DNA of 38,555 nt from Clostridia bacterium (GCA_017532045.1 JAFXJW010000055.1:1-38555); one strand, 5' to 3'. Positions 26,794 through 35,924 are shown, counted from the stretch's first letter. The notes: generated from the letters alone by a model not told the origin. A program made the numbers and translations.

Positions 26794-27007
26794 CGGGTTC
26801 GCTTTATACCAAACCGCGTTTGGGGTACCCTCGTGGGTACTACCTTGGCGGCGATCATGGACATTGGGGTTGTATGTTCAATTGTATCACAAACCGCATT
26901 TGGCTGTGCGGACAACAGCACCCGTATCTGTAATTTGATAAAGCTCGTCCCAATGGGGACAAATTCATGGGGAACGGGGTAGAATTGCGGAGCTACTCTC
27001 GCAGGTA
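26794..27007 (-). other. Structured, non-coding, transcribed region between the rny stop and its terminator (long 3' UTR or independent small RNA)
   Basis: No plausible ORF. There are several local hairpins (GTCCC-CATT-GGGAC, GTACCC-TCGT-GGGTAC) and two related palindromes: CCAAACCGCGTTTGG at 26809-26823 and ACAAACCGCATTTGG at 26889-26903. Confidence 0.4.
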
Positions 27008-28558
27008 TTACTTGGCGTAATCCGTAGCGCGGCTCTCGCGGATGAGGTTGATCTTGATCTGGCCGGGGTACTTGACCTCTTCCTGGATCTTCTGTGCCAT
27101 CTGGCGGGCGATGAGAGGCATATCCTCGTCATGCACCGTATCGGGCTTGACCATCACGCGCAGCTCGCGTCCGGCCTGAATGGCAAATGCTTTCTCGATT
27201 CCGTTGAAGCCCTCGGCGATCTCCTCCAGCTTCTCCAGACGCTTGATGTAGTTCTCCATGTCCTCTCGTCTTGCTCCGGGGCGGGCGGCCGAAATAGCGT
27301 CGGCGGCCTGAACCAGAACGGCGATAACGGTCTGGGGCTCTACGTCTCCGTGGTGGGCTTCGATGGCGTGTACCACCTCACGGCCCTCCTTGTACTTCTT
27401 AGCGGCGTTCACGCCGATCTGCACGTGTGATCCCTCCACGTCATAGGGGAAGGCCTTACCAATATCGTGCAGAAGTCCTGCCCTGCGGGCAAGAACGGGA
27501 TCCACACCCAGCTCCTCTGCCATGATGCCGGCCAGGATGGCGACCTCAATGGAGTGCTGGAGTACGTTCTGACCGTAGCTCGTGCGGTAACGCAGACGTC
27601 CCAACAGACGAACCAGATCAGGATTAATGCCATGGATGTTCACCTCGAAGGTTGCGCGCTCACCGGCCTGCTTAATAGCGGCGTCCACGTCCTTCTTGGC
27701 CTTCTCGACCATCTCCTCAATACGGGTGGGATGGATGCGGCCGTCGGAAATCAGCTTTTCCAGCGCCAGTCTTGCCACCTCACGGCGGATGGGATCAAAG
27801 CCGGAAATGGTAATGACCTCGGGGGTATCGTCGATGATCAGCTCGACACCCGTCAGGGTCTCCAGCTTCTGGATGTTACGACCCTCACGGCCAATGATGC
27901 GGCCCTTCATCTCTTCACTGGGAAGAGCAACCGAGGAAATCGTAGACTCGGCAACGAAATCACCTGCGCAACGCTGAATAGCCAGAGCCATGATGCGGCA
28001 GGCCTTATCGTCGGCCTCCTCACGGTACTCCTGCTCCAGCTCTACGATGCGCTGTGCCTGCTCGTGGCGGATCTCCTCCTCAAGCCCAGCAACCAGCTCG
28101 GCCTTCGCCTGCTCGGCGGTATAGCCCGATATCTTCTCCAGAGCCAGCCTCTGCTCCTCCAGGGTTGCGTCGATCTGCTCTCGGACTACGTCGCAATCCT
28201 TCAGCTTCTTCTCAAGCTGCTCGCTTTTCTTGTCAAGCTGCTCGCTCTTCTTGTCCAGATTCTCTTCCTTTTTGGAAAGACGGGTCTCGGTGCGAGACAC
28301 CTCAGCGCGGCGCTCCTTGATCTCCTGCTCCATGTCATTCTTCTGGCGCATGATCTCTTCCTTAGCGGTAAGCAACGCTTCCTTTTTCATGGTCTCGGCC
28401 TGCTTGGTTGCCTCGTCGACCAGCTCCCTGGCCTTATGCTCCGCGGTACCGATCTTGGCCTCTGCCACGTGCTTTCGATAGAGAATCCCCACGATGCCGC
28501 CGATAACCAAGCATGCGACGCCCGTGATCACCAGAATCAAAATCTCATTAGGATCCAT
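27008..28558 (-). CDS. rny: Ribonuclease Y
   Basis: N-terminal TM anchor, coiled-coil region, KH domain ([11 protein letters not shown]), HD domain (LLHDIGK), 516 aa. AAGGAGG RBS. Confidence 0.93.
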   Translation of the reverse strand: MDPNEILILVITGVACLVIGGIVGILYRKHVAEAKIGTAEHKARELVDEATKQAETMKKEALLTAKEEIMRQKNDMEQEIKERRAEVSRTETRLSKKEENLDKKSEQLDKKSEQLEKKLKDCDVVREQIDATLEEQRLALEKISGYTAEQAKAELVAGLEEEIRHEQAQRIVELEQEYREEADDKACRIMALAIQRCAGDFVAESTISSVALPSEEMKGRIIGREGRNIQKLETLTGVELIIDDTPEVITISGFDPIRREVARLALEKLISDGRIHPTRIEEMVEKAKKDVDAAIKQAGERATFEVNIHGINPDLVRLLGRLRYRTSYGQNVLQHSIEVAILAGIMAEELGVDPVLARRAGLLHDIGKAFPYDVEGSHVQIGVNAAKKYKEGREVVHAIEAHHGDVEPQTVIAVLVQAADAISAARPGARREDMENYIKRLEKLEEIAEGFNGIEKAFAIQAGRELRVMVKPDTVHDEDMPLIARQMAQKIQEEVKYPGQIKINLIRESRATDYAK

Positions 28559-28595
28559 GTTTATACACCTCCTTTTCTCAAAAATAAAATCAAAG

Positions 28596-28624
28596 CCTCG
28601 CCTGCACCGTAGGAACAGGCGAGG
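28596..28624 (-). promoter_or_regulatory. 5'-proximal stem-loop in the rny leader, followed by a U-rich tract
   Basis: CCTCGCCTG (28596-28604) / CAGGCGAGG (28616-28624). On the mRNA the 9-bp hairpin starts 2-4 nt after the predicted TSS and is followed by GCTTTGATTTTATTTTTGAG before the RBS. Confidence 0.55.
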
Positions 28625-28633
28625 TCATGTTAT

Positions 28634-28662
28634 ATTATACACAAAATTTGGCGAATTGTCAA
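28634..28662 (-). promoter_or_regulatory. Consensus SigA promoter of rny
   Basis: Minus strand reads TTGACA (28662-28657), exactly 17 nt, TATAAT (28639-28634). Confidence 0.65.
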
Positions 28663-28738
28663 GTGATTTTATGCCTTTAACGAACTAAAATCATTCCTTT
28701 TTTGAAATTTTCCGCAAATTCCCCAGCAGGAGTCCGTC

Positions 28739-30259
28739 TCAGGCCAGCGCCCGCAGGGTCTCACAGACCAGACGGTAGGTGCGTTCCACAGAGGGGATGG
28801 AGAGCATCTCTCTGGGAGTGTGGATGTCTCTCATATCGGGGCCAACCGAAATGATGTCCATCTCCCCCAGCTTGTCGCAGAGGATACCGCACTCCAGCCC
28901 CGCATGAATGACCTCCACCTTGGGAGTGATACCGTACACCTCCTGACTGACCTTGATCCACAGGTCACGGAGGGGGGATGCGGGAGCGTAGTCCCAACCG
29001 GGGTAGCGGGCGCGGTGGGTGGCATTCTCATCACTGCCCGTGCAGGTCAAGGCCAGCATTTCCAGCTCACGCTCGGAATCGTCCAGATGAGAATTGGATG
29101 CGGAACGGGTGGACAGGGAGAATTTCACGGCGGTGGGCTTCCCTTCCCCGTCAGTCAGGGTCTTGACGATGCCCAGATTGCGGGAGTGAGCCACCAAGCC
29201 CTTGACGTGTGCAGACATGGACAGCACACCATCACGGACGAGGGTCAACAGGGACAAGGCGGCGTGGGTAGACCGGTCATCCATGCACAGAGCGGGGGCG
29301 TCGGGCAGGGTCTCCACGGTACAAGTGAAATTCTTGTCGGCAGGGATCATATTGGATTCCTTGCGAAGGTTCTCGGCTTCTGCCTGAATACCCATGCAGA
29401 ATCCCTTCGCACGAAGATCCGTGTATCCGGCACCGGAATGCGGGATCACCACAACCGCCTCGCAGGAGCGAGGGATGGCGTTATCCTTGCCGCCGCCATT
29501 GATCGAAACCAGCTTGAACAAGGCACCGCATATACTTTCCGCAAGGAGCAGTCTGCCCATGGCCTTGATGGCATTGGTGTGACCCTCGTGGATCTCCACA
29601 CCCGAATGTCCTCCCGTAAAGCCGTCCAGCGTCACCTTAACGGCCATACCCTCGGCGTCCTCCCGGTCCACGGGCAGAGTGATATCGGTACGCATACCCC
29701 CCGAGCAGCCGGCGGTGATGACGCCCTCGGCCTCGCTGTCCAGATTGATCATGGTACGGGCGGTAGCCCCTGCGGCGGCAGGGTCAAAGGCCCACGCCCC
29801 CTCCAGTCCCGTCTCCTCGGAAACGGTGAACAAACACTCAATGGCAGGATGCGGCTCAGGAGGACTATCCAAAATGGCCAGCATCATGGCCACGGCCACC
29901 CCGTCGTCGCCCCCCAGGGTGGTGTCGGTGGCAGAGATCCAACCGTCGTTGACCCGCAGCTTCAGCCCGTCGGTGGTGAAATCATGAGTGGAATCGGCGG
30001 TCTTTTCCCCCACCATATCCGTATGCCCCTGGAGCATGACGGCAGGGGCAGACTCGTGCCCCTCGGTAGCGGGGAGCTTGATGAACACGTTGTGGACGCC
30101 GTCACGGTAGCAGGCAAGGCCTCGGGTCTTGGCGAAGGCCTCGATGTAATCGGCGATGGCCTTTTCCTCCCCCGACACGTGAGGGATGGCGCAAATGTCC
30201 TCAAAGAAGGACAGGACGGATGCGGGCTCGTAGCCCGAAAGAATACGGGTAGCAGACAT
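28739..30259 (-). CDS. pepD: Aminoacyl-histidine (Xaa-His) dipeptidase, M20 family
   Basis: N-terminus LSFFEDICAIPHVSGEEKAIADYI, metal-site region LQGHTDMVGEK, 506 aa. AAAGGAG RBS. Confidence 0.85.
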   Translation of the reverse strand: MSATRILSGYEPASVLSFFEDICAIPHVSGEEKAIADYIEAFAKTRGLACYRDGVHNVFIKLPATEGHESAPAVMLQGHTDMVGEKTADSTHDFTTDGLKLRVNDGWISATDTTLGGDDGVAVAMMLAILDSPPEPHPAIECLFTVSEETGLEGAWAFDPAAAGATARTMINLDSEAEGVITAGCSGGMRTDITLPVDREDAEGMAVKVTLDGFTGGHSGVEIHEGHTNAIKAMGRLLLAESICGALFKLVSINGGGKDNAIPRSCEAVVVIPHSGAGYTDLRAKGFCMGIQAEAENLRKESNMIPADKNFTCTVETLPDAPALCMDDRSTHAALSLLTLVRDGVLSMSAHVKGLVAHSRNLGIVKTLTDGEGKPTAVKFSLSTRSASNSHLDDSERELEMLALTCTGSDENATHRARYPGWDYAPASPLRDLWIKVSQEVYGITPKVEVIHAGLECGILCDKLGEMDIISVGPDMRDIHTPREMLSIPSVERTYRLVCETLRALA

Positions 30260-30347
30260 AGAAAAGCTCCTTTATGCTGATGATTGGAATGGAAAGAGGA
30301 AAGAAACCCGAAAAAGCTCCTTTCCTCTCCTGTATTTGACTGTTCGT

Positions 30348-31385
30348 TTAGGATTTCACTCTGGAAGGCAGGGTAACCACGCCCTCGGGCATGCCGCTCA
30401 GGTAAGGAAGGAGGCTTCCTGCACCCAAAACGGTGCTGCTGATGGGCTTCTTGGCCACGTAGGCGGGAATGCCCGTGACCCGCTCAATGAGGCGATCCAG
30501 TCCTCGGAGCAGACTTCCGCCGCCCGTAAGGACCATGCCCTTTTGCAGAATATCTCCCACCAGCTCGGGAGGCGTTCGCTCCACCACCGAGCAGATGGAA
30601 TCCAGAATGGCGGTAATGGGCTCGTAGAGGGCCTCGATCATCTCACGGGAGCTGATGAGGACTTCCTTTTGGTAGCCCTCGGAGAGAGAGCGACCCGTGA
30701 CCTTCATGTAAGTGGTCTTTTTCTGCTCGTAGACGTCACCGATGTTGATCTTGATGTCCTCGGCGGTGCGCTCACCGATGAGGATATTGTAGCGGCGACG
30801 GAGGTAGCTCTGAATGGCCTCGTCGAACTTATCTCCTCCCACGGGAATGGAGTCGGATACCACCAGGCCGCCCATGGACAGCACCGCAATATCACTGACA
30901 CCGCCACCAATATTGACGACCATGCTTCCCACAGGGGACTTGATGTCAAGACCTGCGCCGATGGCGGCGGCCTTGGGCTCTTCGATGAGGTAGGTTCGTC
31001 TGGCACCCGCCTCACGGGAGGCCTCCATCACGGCCCGCATCTCCACCTCGGAGATGCCCGTAGGCACCGTGATCAGCACACGGGGCGGGATCCACACCTT
31101 GCCGCAAGCGCGGCGGATGAAGTAGCGGAGCATCTGGAGAGTGACCTCGTACTGGCTGATGGTGCCGTTCTTCATGGGGCGCAGAGCGTCAATGTGGTCG
31201 GGGGTACGGCCCAGCATCTCCATGGCGTCCTGACCCACCTTGACCACACGGTCGGTGGAGACGTCGATGGCCACCACAGAGGGCTCCTTGAGGACGATGC
31301 CCTGATCCTGCACGTAGACGAGGACGGAGGCCGTACCGAAATCAATGGCGATATCCCGCGTAAACTTCTCCAGCACCGTACTCAC
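30348..31385 (-). CDS. mreB: Rod-shape-determining actin homolog MreB/Mbl
   Basis: IAIDFGTASVLVY, VVNIGGGVSDIAVLSMGG, GGGSLLRGLD. 345 aa. AGGTGA RBS. Confidence 0.92.
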   Translation of the reverse strand: MSTVLEKFTRDIAIDFGTASVLVYVQDQGIVLKEPSVVAIDVSTDRVVKVGQDAMEMLGRTPDHIDALRPMKNGTISQYEVTLQMLRYFIRRACGKVWIPPRVLITVPTGISEVEMRAVMEASREAGARRTYLIEEPKAAAIGAGLDIKSPVGSMVVNIGGGVSDIAVLSMGGLVVSDSIPVGGDKFDEAIQSYLRRRYNILIGERTAEDIKINIGDVYEQKKTTYMKVTGRSLSEGYQKEVLISSREMIEALYEPITAILDSICSVVERTPPELVGDILQKGMVLTGGGSLLRGLDRLIERVTGIPAYVAKKPISSTVLGAGSLLPYLSGMPEGVVTLPSRVKS

Positions 31386-31448
31386 CTCGCTTTCCTGTGT
31401 GTGGTTTTGGGACGCGGAAACAGTATCCCAACATATATCTTTTTATAA

Positions 31449-31477
31449 GTATAACACAATACCACCCTCTGTGTCAA
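31449..31477 (-). promoter_or_regulatory. SigA promoter of mreB
   Basis: Minus strand reads TTGACA (31477-31472), 17 nt, TGtTATACT (-10 hexamer TTATAC at 31454-31449). Confidence 0.55.
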
Positions 31478-31522
31478 GGGGGTTTTGGATATTTCAAGGC
31501 GGCTTCCCCTCGGCGGCGGGAT

Positions 31523-33799
31523 TTATCGGCCTCGCCTCAGGCGAAGGGACAGTCCCGTATAGCGCAGGGTCTGACGGTTGTTGTCCACCATGGTGCGGAT
31601 CACGTCCTCCCTGCCCACCAGGATCACCATGCGCTGGGCACGGGTAACGGCGGTGTAGAGCAGGTTGCGGACAAGGAGAAGGGGCGGAGCATTGTACACG
31701 GGGATGATGACGAAGGGATACTCCGAGCCCTGACTCTTGTGGACGGTCACCGCCCACGCATGCTCCAGCTCGTCCAGCATATCCCCCGTGTAGGTAGCCT
31801 CCTTATCGTCGAAGGAAACCACCATTTCCCCCTCGGCAGGGTCAACAAAGATCACCGTACCGATGTCACCGTTGAACACGCCGCTTCCCTCGGTTCGATC
31901 CACACTGCTACCGCTCTCCCACGTAATATCATAGTTGTTCTTGGTCTGCATGACCCGATCTCCCACACGGAAGACCGTATCCCGGAAGGTAAGCTCTCGC
32001 TTTCCCTTGGCGGGGGGATTCAACTCCTTTTGCAAGCGGCGATTGAGGTTTTCCGTGCCAGCCTCTCCCTTACGGGAGGGAGTGATGATCTGGATGCCGC
32101 CCTCGGTCGCCTTCCCGTAGGCACGGGGCAGGCGGGTGGCGCAAAGCTCCACCACGGTATCTGCGATCTCACGGTCATGGCGGCGAGGGAGGAAGAAGAA
32201 ATCGTTATTCTTCACCGTCAGGTCGGGGTAGACGCCCTCGTTGATGGCGTGGGCGTTGGTAATGATGAGAGACTCCCCTGCCTGGCGGAAGATCTCGGTG
32301 AGGCGCACCGTGGAAAAGCGGCCGCTGTCGATGAGGTCGTTCAGTACCCGTCCCGCTCCCACCGAGGGAAGCTGGTCGGCGTCTCCAATAAGAATGAGCC
32401 GCGCGCCGGGCTTGATCGCCTTGCAAAGAGAGCACATGAGGGCATTGTCCACCATGGAGGCCTCGTCCACGATGATCACGGACTCCTCCAGAAGATCCTG
32501 CTCGTTACGGCGGAATCGCCCGTGTCCGCTTCCCTCCTCAAATTCCATCTCCAAAAGGCGATGGATGGTCTTAGCCTCGGTGGAGGTGGATTCCGACAGC
32601 CGCTTGGCCGCCCGTCCCGTGGGGGCGCACAGGGCCACCGTCATATCCATGGAGCGGAAAATGTGTAAAAGGGCGTGAACCACGGTGGTCTTACCCGTAC
32701 CCGGGCCGCCCGTCAAGAGCATCACGCCGCCCGACAGAGCGGCCACGATGGCCTGCTTTTGACCTTTGGCATAGGACACCCCCTGCTCCCGCTCCTCACG
32801 GGCAATGAAGGCGTTTACGTCCCCTGCGTCCACGGCGGGGCAAAGTCTGTCCAGAAGGAGGAGCTTGTCCGCAATATATTTTTCCTGCCGATCCGAGCTT
32901 TTGTCATAGATGAGATCCTGTCCCTCGAAGCGGTGGGACACCAGCGCCCCCATGTCCAGCAGGGTCGCCACGGCGTCCTCCACCTGTTTCCTTTCGGCCT
33001 GCAAAAGGCTCGTGGCGGCCTCGATCAGCTTCTCTCGGGGAAGGCAGACGTGACCGTTGCGGGCGGCGTTGGAGGTGAGGATATAGCGGACGCCGCTCAT
33101 GGCTCGCTCCTCGCTGTGAGGGTCCAGTCCCAGAGACATAGCCATCTGGTCGGCTCGCTCAAAGCCGATTCCCTCCACCTCGTCGCAGAGGCGGTAGGGG
33201 TTTTTCTTGGCCAGATCCACAGCCCCCGCACCGAGCTGCTTGTAGATCTTGACGGTCATAGCGGCGCCAAAGTAGTCACGGAAGAAAAGCATAGCCGAGC
33301 GGATCCCCGCCTTGGCCTTAAAATCCGCCGAGATCTCGGCGGCCTTTCTGCGGGAAATACCCGGCACGTCGGCCAGCCATTCGGGATGGTTCTCCATCAC
33401 GTCCAGCGTCTCGTCTCCGAAATGGGACACGATGCGCTCGGCCAGTCTGGGGCCTATGCCCTTGATGGTGCGGGAGGCCAGATACCGCAGAATGGCGGCG
33501 GAATCGGCGGGCATGTTCCGCTCGTACTGCTCCACCTTGAACTGGCGACCGTACTTGGGGTTATGCACCCAGTTTCCCCATAGGATCAGGCTATCCCCGT
33601 CGGTCACGTAGGGCAGGATCCCGCAGGCGGTGATGACGTCATCCTCCAGCCCGAAATCCATGACGGTGTACCCGTTGTCCTCGTTGGCGTATATGATATG
33701 CTCCACCGTACCCTTCAGCTGGGTGAGGGATTCCTTGGAAAAATCCTCGCCCCCCGTCATGGAGGCGTCAAGGGGCGGCAGGGGGGGATGATCGTACAT
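31523..33799 (-). CDS. recD2: SF1B ATP-dependent RecD-like DNA helicase
   Basis: Walker A LTGGPGTGKTT, Walker B IIVDEASMVD, C-terminal AVTVHKSQGSEY, and an N-terminal HhH-containing region. 758 aa. AAGGAGG RBS. Confidence 0.88.
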   Translation of the reverse strand: MYDHPPLPPLDASMTGGEDFSKESLTQLKGTVEHIIYANEDNGYTVMDFGLEDDVITACGILPYVTDGDSLILWGNWVHNPKYGRQFKVEQYERNMPADSAAILRYLASRTIKGIGPRLAERIVSHFGDETLDVMENHPEWLADVPGISRRKAAEISADFKAKAGIRSAMLFFRDYFGAAMTVKIYKQLGAGAVDLAKKNPYRLCDEVEGIGFERADQMAMSLGLDPHSEERAMSGVRYILTSNAARNGHVCLPREKLIEAATSLLQAERKQVEDAVATLLDMGALVSHRFEGQDLIYDKSSDRQEKYIADKLLLLDRLCPAVDAGDVNAFIAREEREQGVSYAKGQKQAIVAALSGGVMLLTGGPGTGKTTVVHALLHIFRSMDMTVALCAPTGRAAKRLSESTSTEAKTIHRLLEMEFEEGSGHGRFRRNEQDLLEESVIIVDEASMVDNALMCSLCKAIKPGARLILIGDADQLPSVGAGRVLNDLIDSGRFSTVRLTEIFRQAGESLIITNAHAINEGVYPDLTVKNNDFFFLPRRHDREIADTVVELCATRLPRAYGKATEGGIQIITPSRKGEAGTENLNRRLQKELNPPAKGKRELTFRDTVFRVGDRVMQTKNNYDITWESGSSVDRTEGSGVFNGDIGTVIFVDPAEGEMVVSFDDKEATYTGDMLDELEHAWAVTVHKSQGSEYPFVIIPVYNAPPLLLVRNLLYTAVTRAQRMVILVGREDVIRTMVDNNRQTLRYTGLSLRLRRGR

Positions 33800-33832
33800 G
33801 GGAAGCCTCCTTTCCGAAAAATGGTGTAGCGG

Positions 33833-34156
33833 TTATGGGGTGTCCTCCATAAAACAGAGGGTCGCGCCGTACCGCTCCAAGACCTCGGCGTAACCCTCGG
33901 TCTCCTTCATGCCCTCCTCCCACAGACTGCGGGGAAGAACCAGAACCACCCGTTTTCCCCGACCGCAGGAGGTGCGGCGAGCCTCGCAGAGCAGGATGTC
34001 CAGCTCCTCGGGAGGCAGGGAGCGGGTAACGACCACGGCCGTAGCCAGCTCACGGGGAGTGAGAAAAACCGCAAACAGGCCATGAAGAACACCGTAAAAG
34101 CCTATGACTGCCAAAGCAGCAATCGTGATCTGAAATAACGTCTCCCGAACATCCAT
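33833..34156 (-). CDS. Hypothetical small membrane-anchored protein (107 aa)
   Basis: ATG 34154-34156 with a GGGAGG RBS and one N-terminal TM helix (ITIAALAVIGFYGVLHGLFAVFL). Lies 33 nt upstream of recD2. No family recognised. Confidence 0.5.
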   Translation of the reverse strand: MDVRETLFQITIAALAVIGFYGVLHGLFAVFLTPRELATAVVVTRSLPPEELDILLCEARRTSCGRGKRVVLVLPRSLWEEGMKETEGYAEVLERYGATLCFMEDTP

Positions 34157-34220
34157 ATACCGACCTCCCAAAATGGTTTCGATAATCAGTATATGAAAGG
34201 GCGCAGGGAGGAGTGAGGGG

Positions 34221-34435
34221 TTCAAATTGGGGTTTATAGGGCCGAAGGCCCTCTCGCCCCCACTTAAACCCTTCTTGCAAGACCTCCTCGCTTTGCTCGG
34301 GGCAAATTCGCCTACGGCAAAGTTTGCGAGGGTTTAAGAATCCCAAGACCCTTCAAAAAACATTGATGAGCCAATAACAATTTGTTAAAGGTTTTTGGGG
34401 AGTCCAGAGGGGCTTTTTGCAAAAAGCCCCTTTGG
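34221..34435. repeat. Mosaic hairpin repeat, copy R7 (terminal motif - E - B(core) - C - D)
   Basis: Terminal motif: TTCAAATTGGGGTTTAT at 34221-34237. Module E: AGGGCC-GA-AGGCCCT at 34238-34252. Module B: arms CTTAAACCCT (34263-34272) / AGGGTTTAAG (34329-34338). Module D: AGGGGCTTTTTGCAAAAAGCCCCT at 34408-34431. The segment 34258-34347 is the exact reverse complement of 19751-19840. Confidence 0.9.
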
Positions 34436-34469
34436 CCGTTCTCCATATATATCCCTCGAAAGGCGCCAT

Positions 34470-34497
34470 AAGGGACGGCGGGGTAGCGCCGTCCCTT
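34470..34497 (-). terminator. Probable metK terminator hairpin (weak U tract)
   Basis: 11-bp stem AAGGGACGGCG (34470-34480) / CGCCGTCCCTT (34487-34497), 15 nt after the metK stop. Confidence 0.45.
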
Positions 34498-34512
34498 GGA
34501 ATGGGTTGCAGA

Positions 34513-35706
34513 TTACAGAAGCTCTGCCTTGAGGGTCTCGGCCAGATCGGTCTGCTCCCAAGGCGCATTCAGATCCTCACGACCCATGTGACCGTAAGCG
34601 GCCAGATCGCAATAGATGGGACGGCGAAGGTCGAATCTCTTAATGATAGCAGCGGGACGGAGATCCACGTGCTTCAGAACGGCCTCCTGAATGGCGGCCT
34701 CGGAGACCTTGGCGGTACCGAAGGTGTCCACCAGGACGGAGACGGGCTTGGCCACGCCGATGGCGTAGGCGACCTGTACCTCGCAATGGTCGGCCAGACC
34801 GGCGGCCACCACGTTCTTGGCGATGTAACGGGCGGCGTAGGAGGCGGAGCGATCCACCTTGGTGGGATCCTTACCCGAGAAAGCACCGCCGCCGTGACGG
34901 GCGTAGCCGCCGTAGGTGTCCACGATGATCTTGCGTCCCGTCAGACCCGTATCACCGGCAGGGCCGCCAATGACGAACCGACCCGTGGGGTTCACGAAGA
35001 ACTTAGTGTTCTCATCCAGCAGATGGGCAGGGACGATGGGACGGATGACCTTCTCGATCATGTCCTCGCGGATGGTCTCCAGCGTGACCTCAACAGAGTG
35101 CTGGGTGGATACCACCACGGTGTCCACACGGACAGGCTTACCCTCCACGTACTCCACGGTGACCTGGGTCTTACCGTCGGGACGGAGGTAGTCCAGCTCG
35201 CCGCTCTTGCGCACCTCGCTGAGGCGCTTGGCCATCTTATGGGCCAGAGAAATGGGCAGGGGCATCCGCTCCGGGGTCTCGTTGCAGGCGTAGCCGAACA
35301 TGAGGCCCTGATCGCCGGCGCCGATGTCCAGACCGTCGTCGGTGGTTCCCTCCTTGGCCTCCAGAGACTTGTCCACGCCCATGGCGATGTCGGGGGACTG
35401 CTCGTGAATGGAGGAAATGACGGCGCAGCTATCGCAATCAAAGCCGAATTTGGCGCGGGTGTAACCGATCTCACGGACGGTCTCACGGACGATCTTCTGG
35501 ATATCCACGTAGGCGGTGGTGGTGATCTCACCCATGATGGCCACAAGGCCCGTGGTGCAAAAGGTCTCACAGGCTACACGGGACATGGGATCCTGGCGAA
35601 GCAGCTCGTCCAGAATGGCGTCGGAGATCTTGTCGGAAATTTTGTCGGGGTGACCCTCGGTCACGGATTCGCTGGTAAACAGCACGGAACGGTTGTCGTT
35701 GATCAT
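34513..35706 (-). CDS. metK: S-adenosylmethionine synthetase
   Basis: [33 protein letters not shown]. 397 aa. Confidence 0.95.
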   Translation of the reverse strand: MINDNRSVLFTSESVTEGHPDKISDKISDAILDELLRQDPMSRVACETFCTTGLVAIMGEITTTAYVDIQKIVRETVREIGYTRAKFGFDCDSCAVISSIHEQSPDIAMGVDKSLEAKEGTTDDGLDIGAGDQGLMFGYACNETPERMPLPISLAHKMAKRLSEVRKSGELDYLRPDGKTQVTVEYVEGKPVRVDTVVVSTQHSVEVTLETIREDMIEKVIRPIVPAHLLDENTKFFVNPTGRFVIGGPAGDTGLTGRKIIVDTYGGYARHGGGAFSGKDPTKVDRSASYAARYIAKNVVAAGLADHCEVQVAYAIGVAKPVSVLVDTFGTAKVSEAAIQEAVLKHVDLRPAAIIKRFDLRRPIYCDLAAYGHMGREDLNAPWEQTDLAETLKAELL

Positions 35707-35749
35707 TGTATTGGGTATCCTTTCGGTTGTTTTACGGGAACAAGCCGTG

Positions 35750-35784
35750 AAAAACGCCCTCTGCCGAGAGACAGAGGGCGTTTC
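35750..35784 (-). terminator. Expression-platform terminator of the metK SAM riboswitch
   Basis: Minus strand reads AAACGCCCTCTG-TCTCTCGG-CAGAGGGCGTTT followed by TTTCAC. Lies between the aptamer and the metK RBS. Confidence 0.8.
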
Positions 35785-35795
35785 TTCGTCTGACT

Positions 35796-35880
35796 CTCAT
35801 CAAGCAGGTATTGGCACCTTACCCCACGGGGCAGGTTGTCGTGACTTCACAGGGCCTGTCCCTCCGTCACTCTTGATAAG
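35796..35880 (-). promoter_or_regulatory. SAM-I (S-box) riboswitch aptamer
   Basis: Minus strand reads CTTATCAAGAGTGACGGAGGGACAGGCCCTGTGAAGTCACGACAACCTGCCCCGTGGGGTAAGGTGCCAATACCTGCTTGATGAG. This matches the S-box hallmarks: CTTATCAAGAG, GGAGGGA, GGCCC, GTGAAG, CAACC, GGTGCCAA and closure of P1. It lies upstream of metK, as is common in Firmicutes. Confidence 0.9.
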
Positions 35881-35895
35881 CGATTTACTTCTTTT

Positions 35896-35924
35896 ATTAT
35901 ACAGGAAAACTTATATTCTGTCAA
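35896..35924 (-). promoter_or_regulatory. Consensus SigA promoter of the S-box/metK unit
   Basis: Minus strand reads TTGACA (35924-35919), exactly 17 nt, TATAAT (35901-35896). The aptamer begins about 15 nt downstream of the -10. Confidence 0.7.

Noticed and set aside
26794-27007. 6S RNA, SRP RNA, tmRNA or RNase P RNA downstream of rny.
   Set aside because: There is no SRP domain IV motif (GGAA tetraloop with AGCA/GGAAG symmetric loop), no tmRNA tag reading frame or acceptor end, and no long closing stem pairing the 5' and 3' ends as in 6S. The length and motifs do not fit RNase P.
31523-34156. RecD2 helicase plus the upstream small membrane protein as a candidate defence or novel two-gene system.
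   Set aside because: RecD2 here is the full-length housekeeping type (HhH N-terminus, all SF1B motifs), sits in a conserved core neighbourhood (mreB, metK), and has no associated nuclease, methylase or toxin domain. The small ORF has no recognisable domain.
13178-34435. Whether the recurring repeats are a CRISPR array or its remnants.
   Set aside because: There is no tandem array of identical direct repeats with regular unique spacers. Copies are dispersed kilobases apart in separate intergenic regions, in both orientations, and no cas genes are present.
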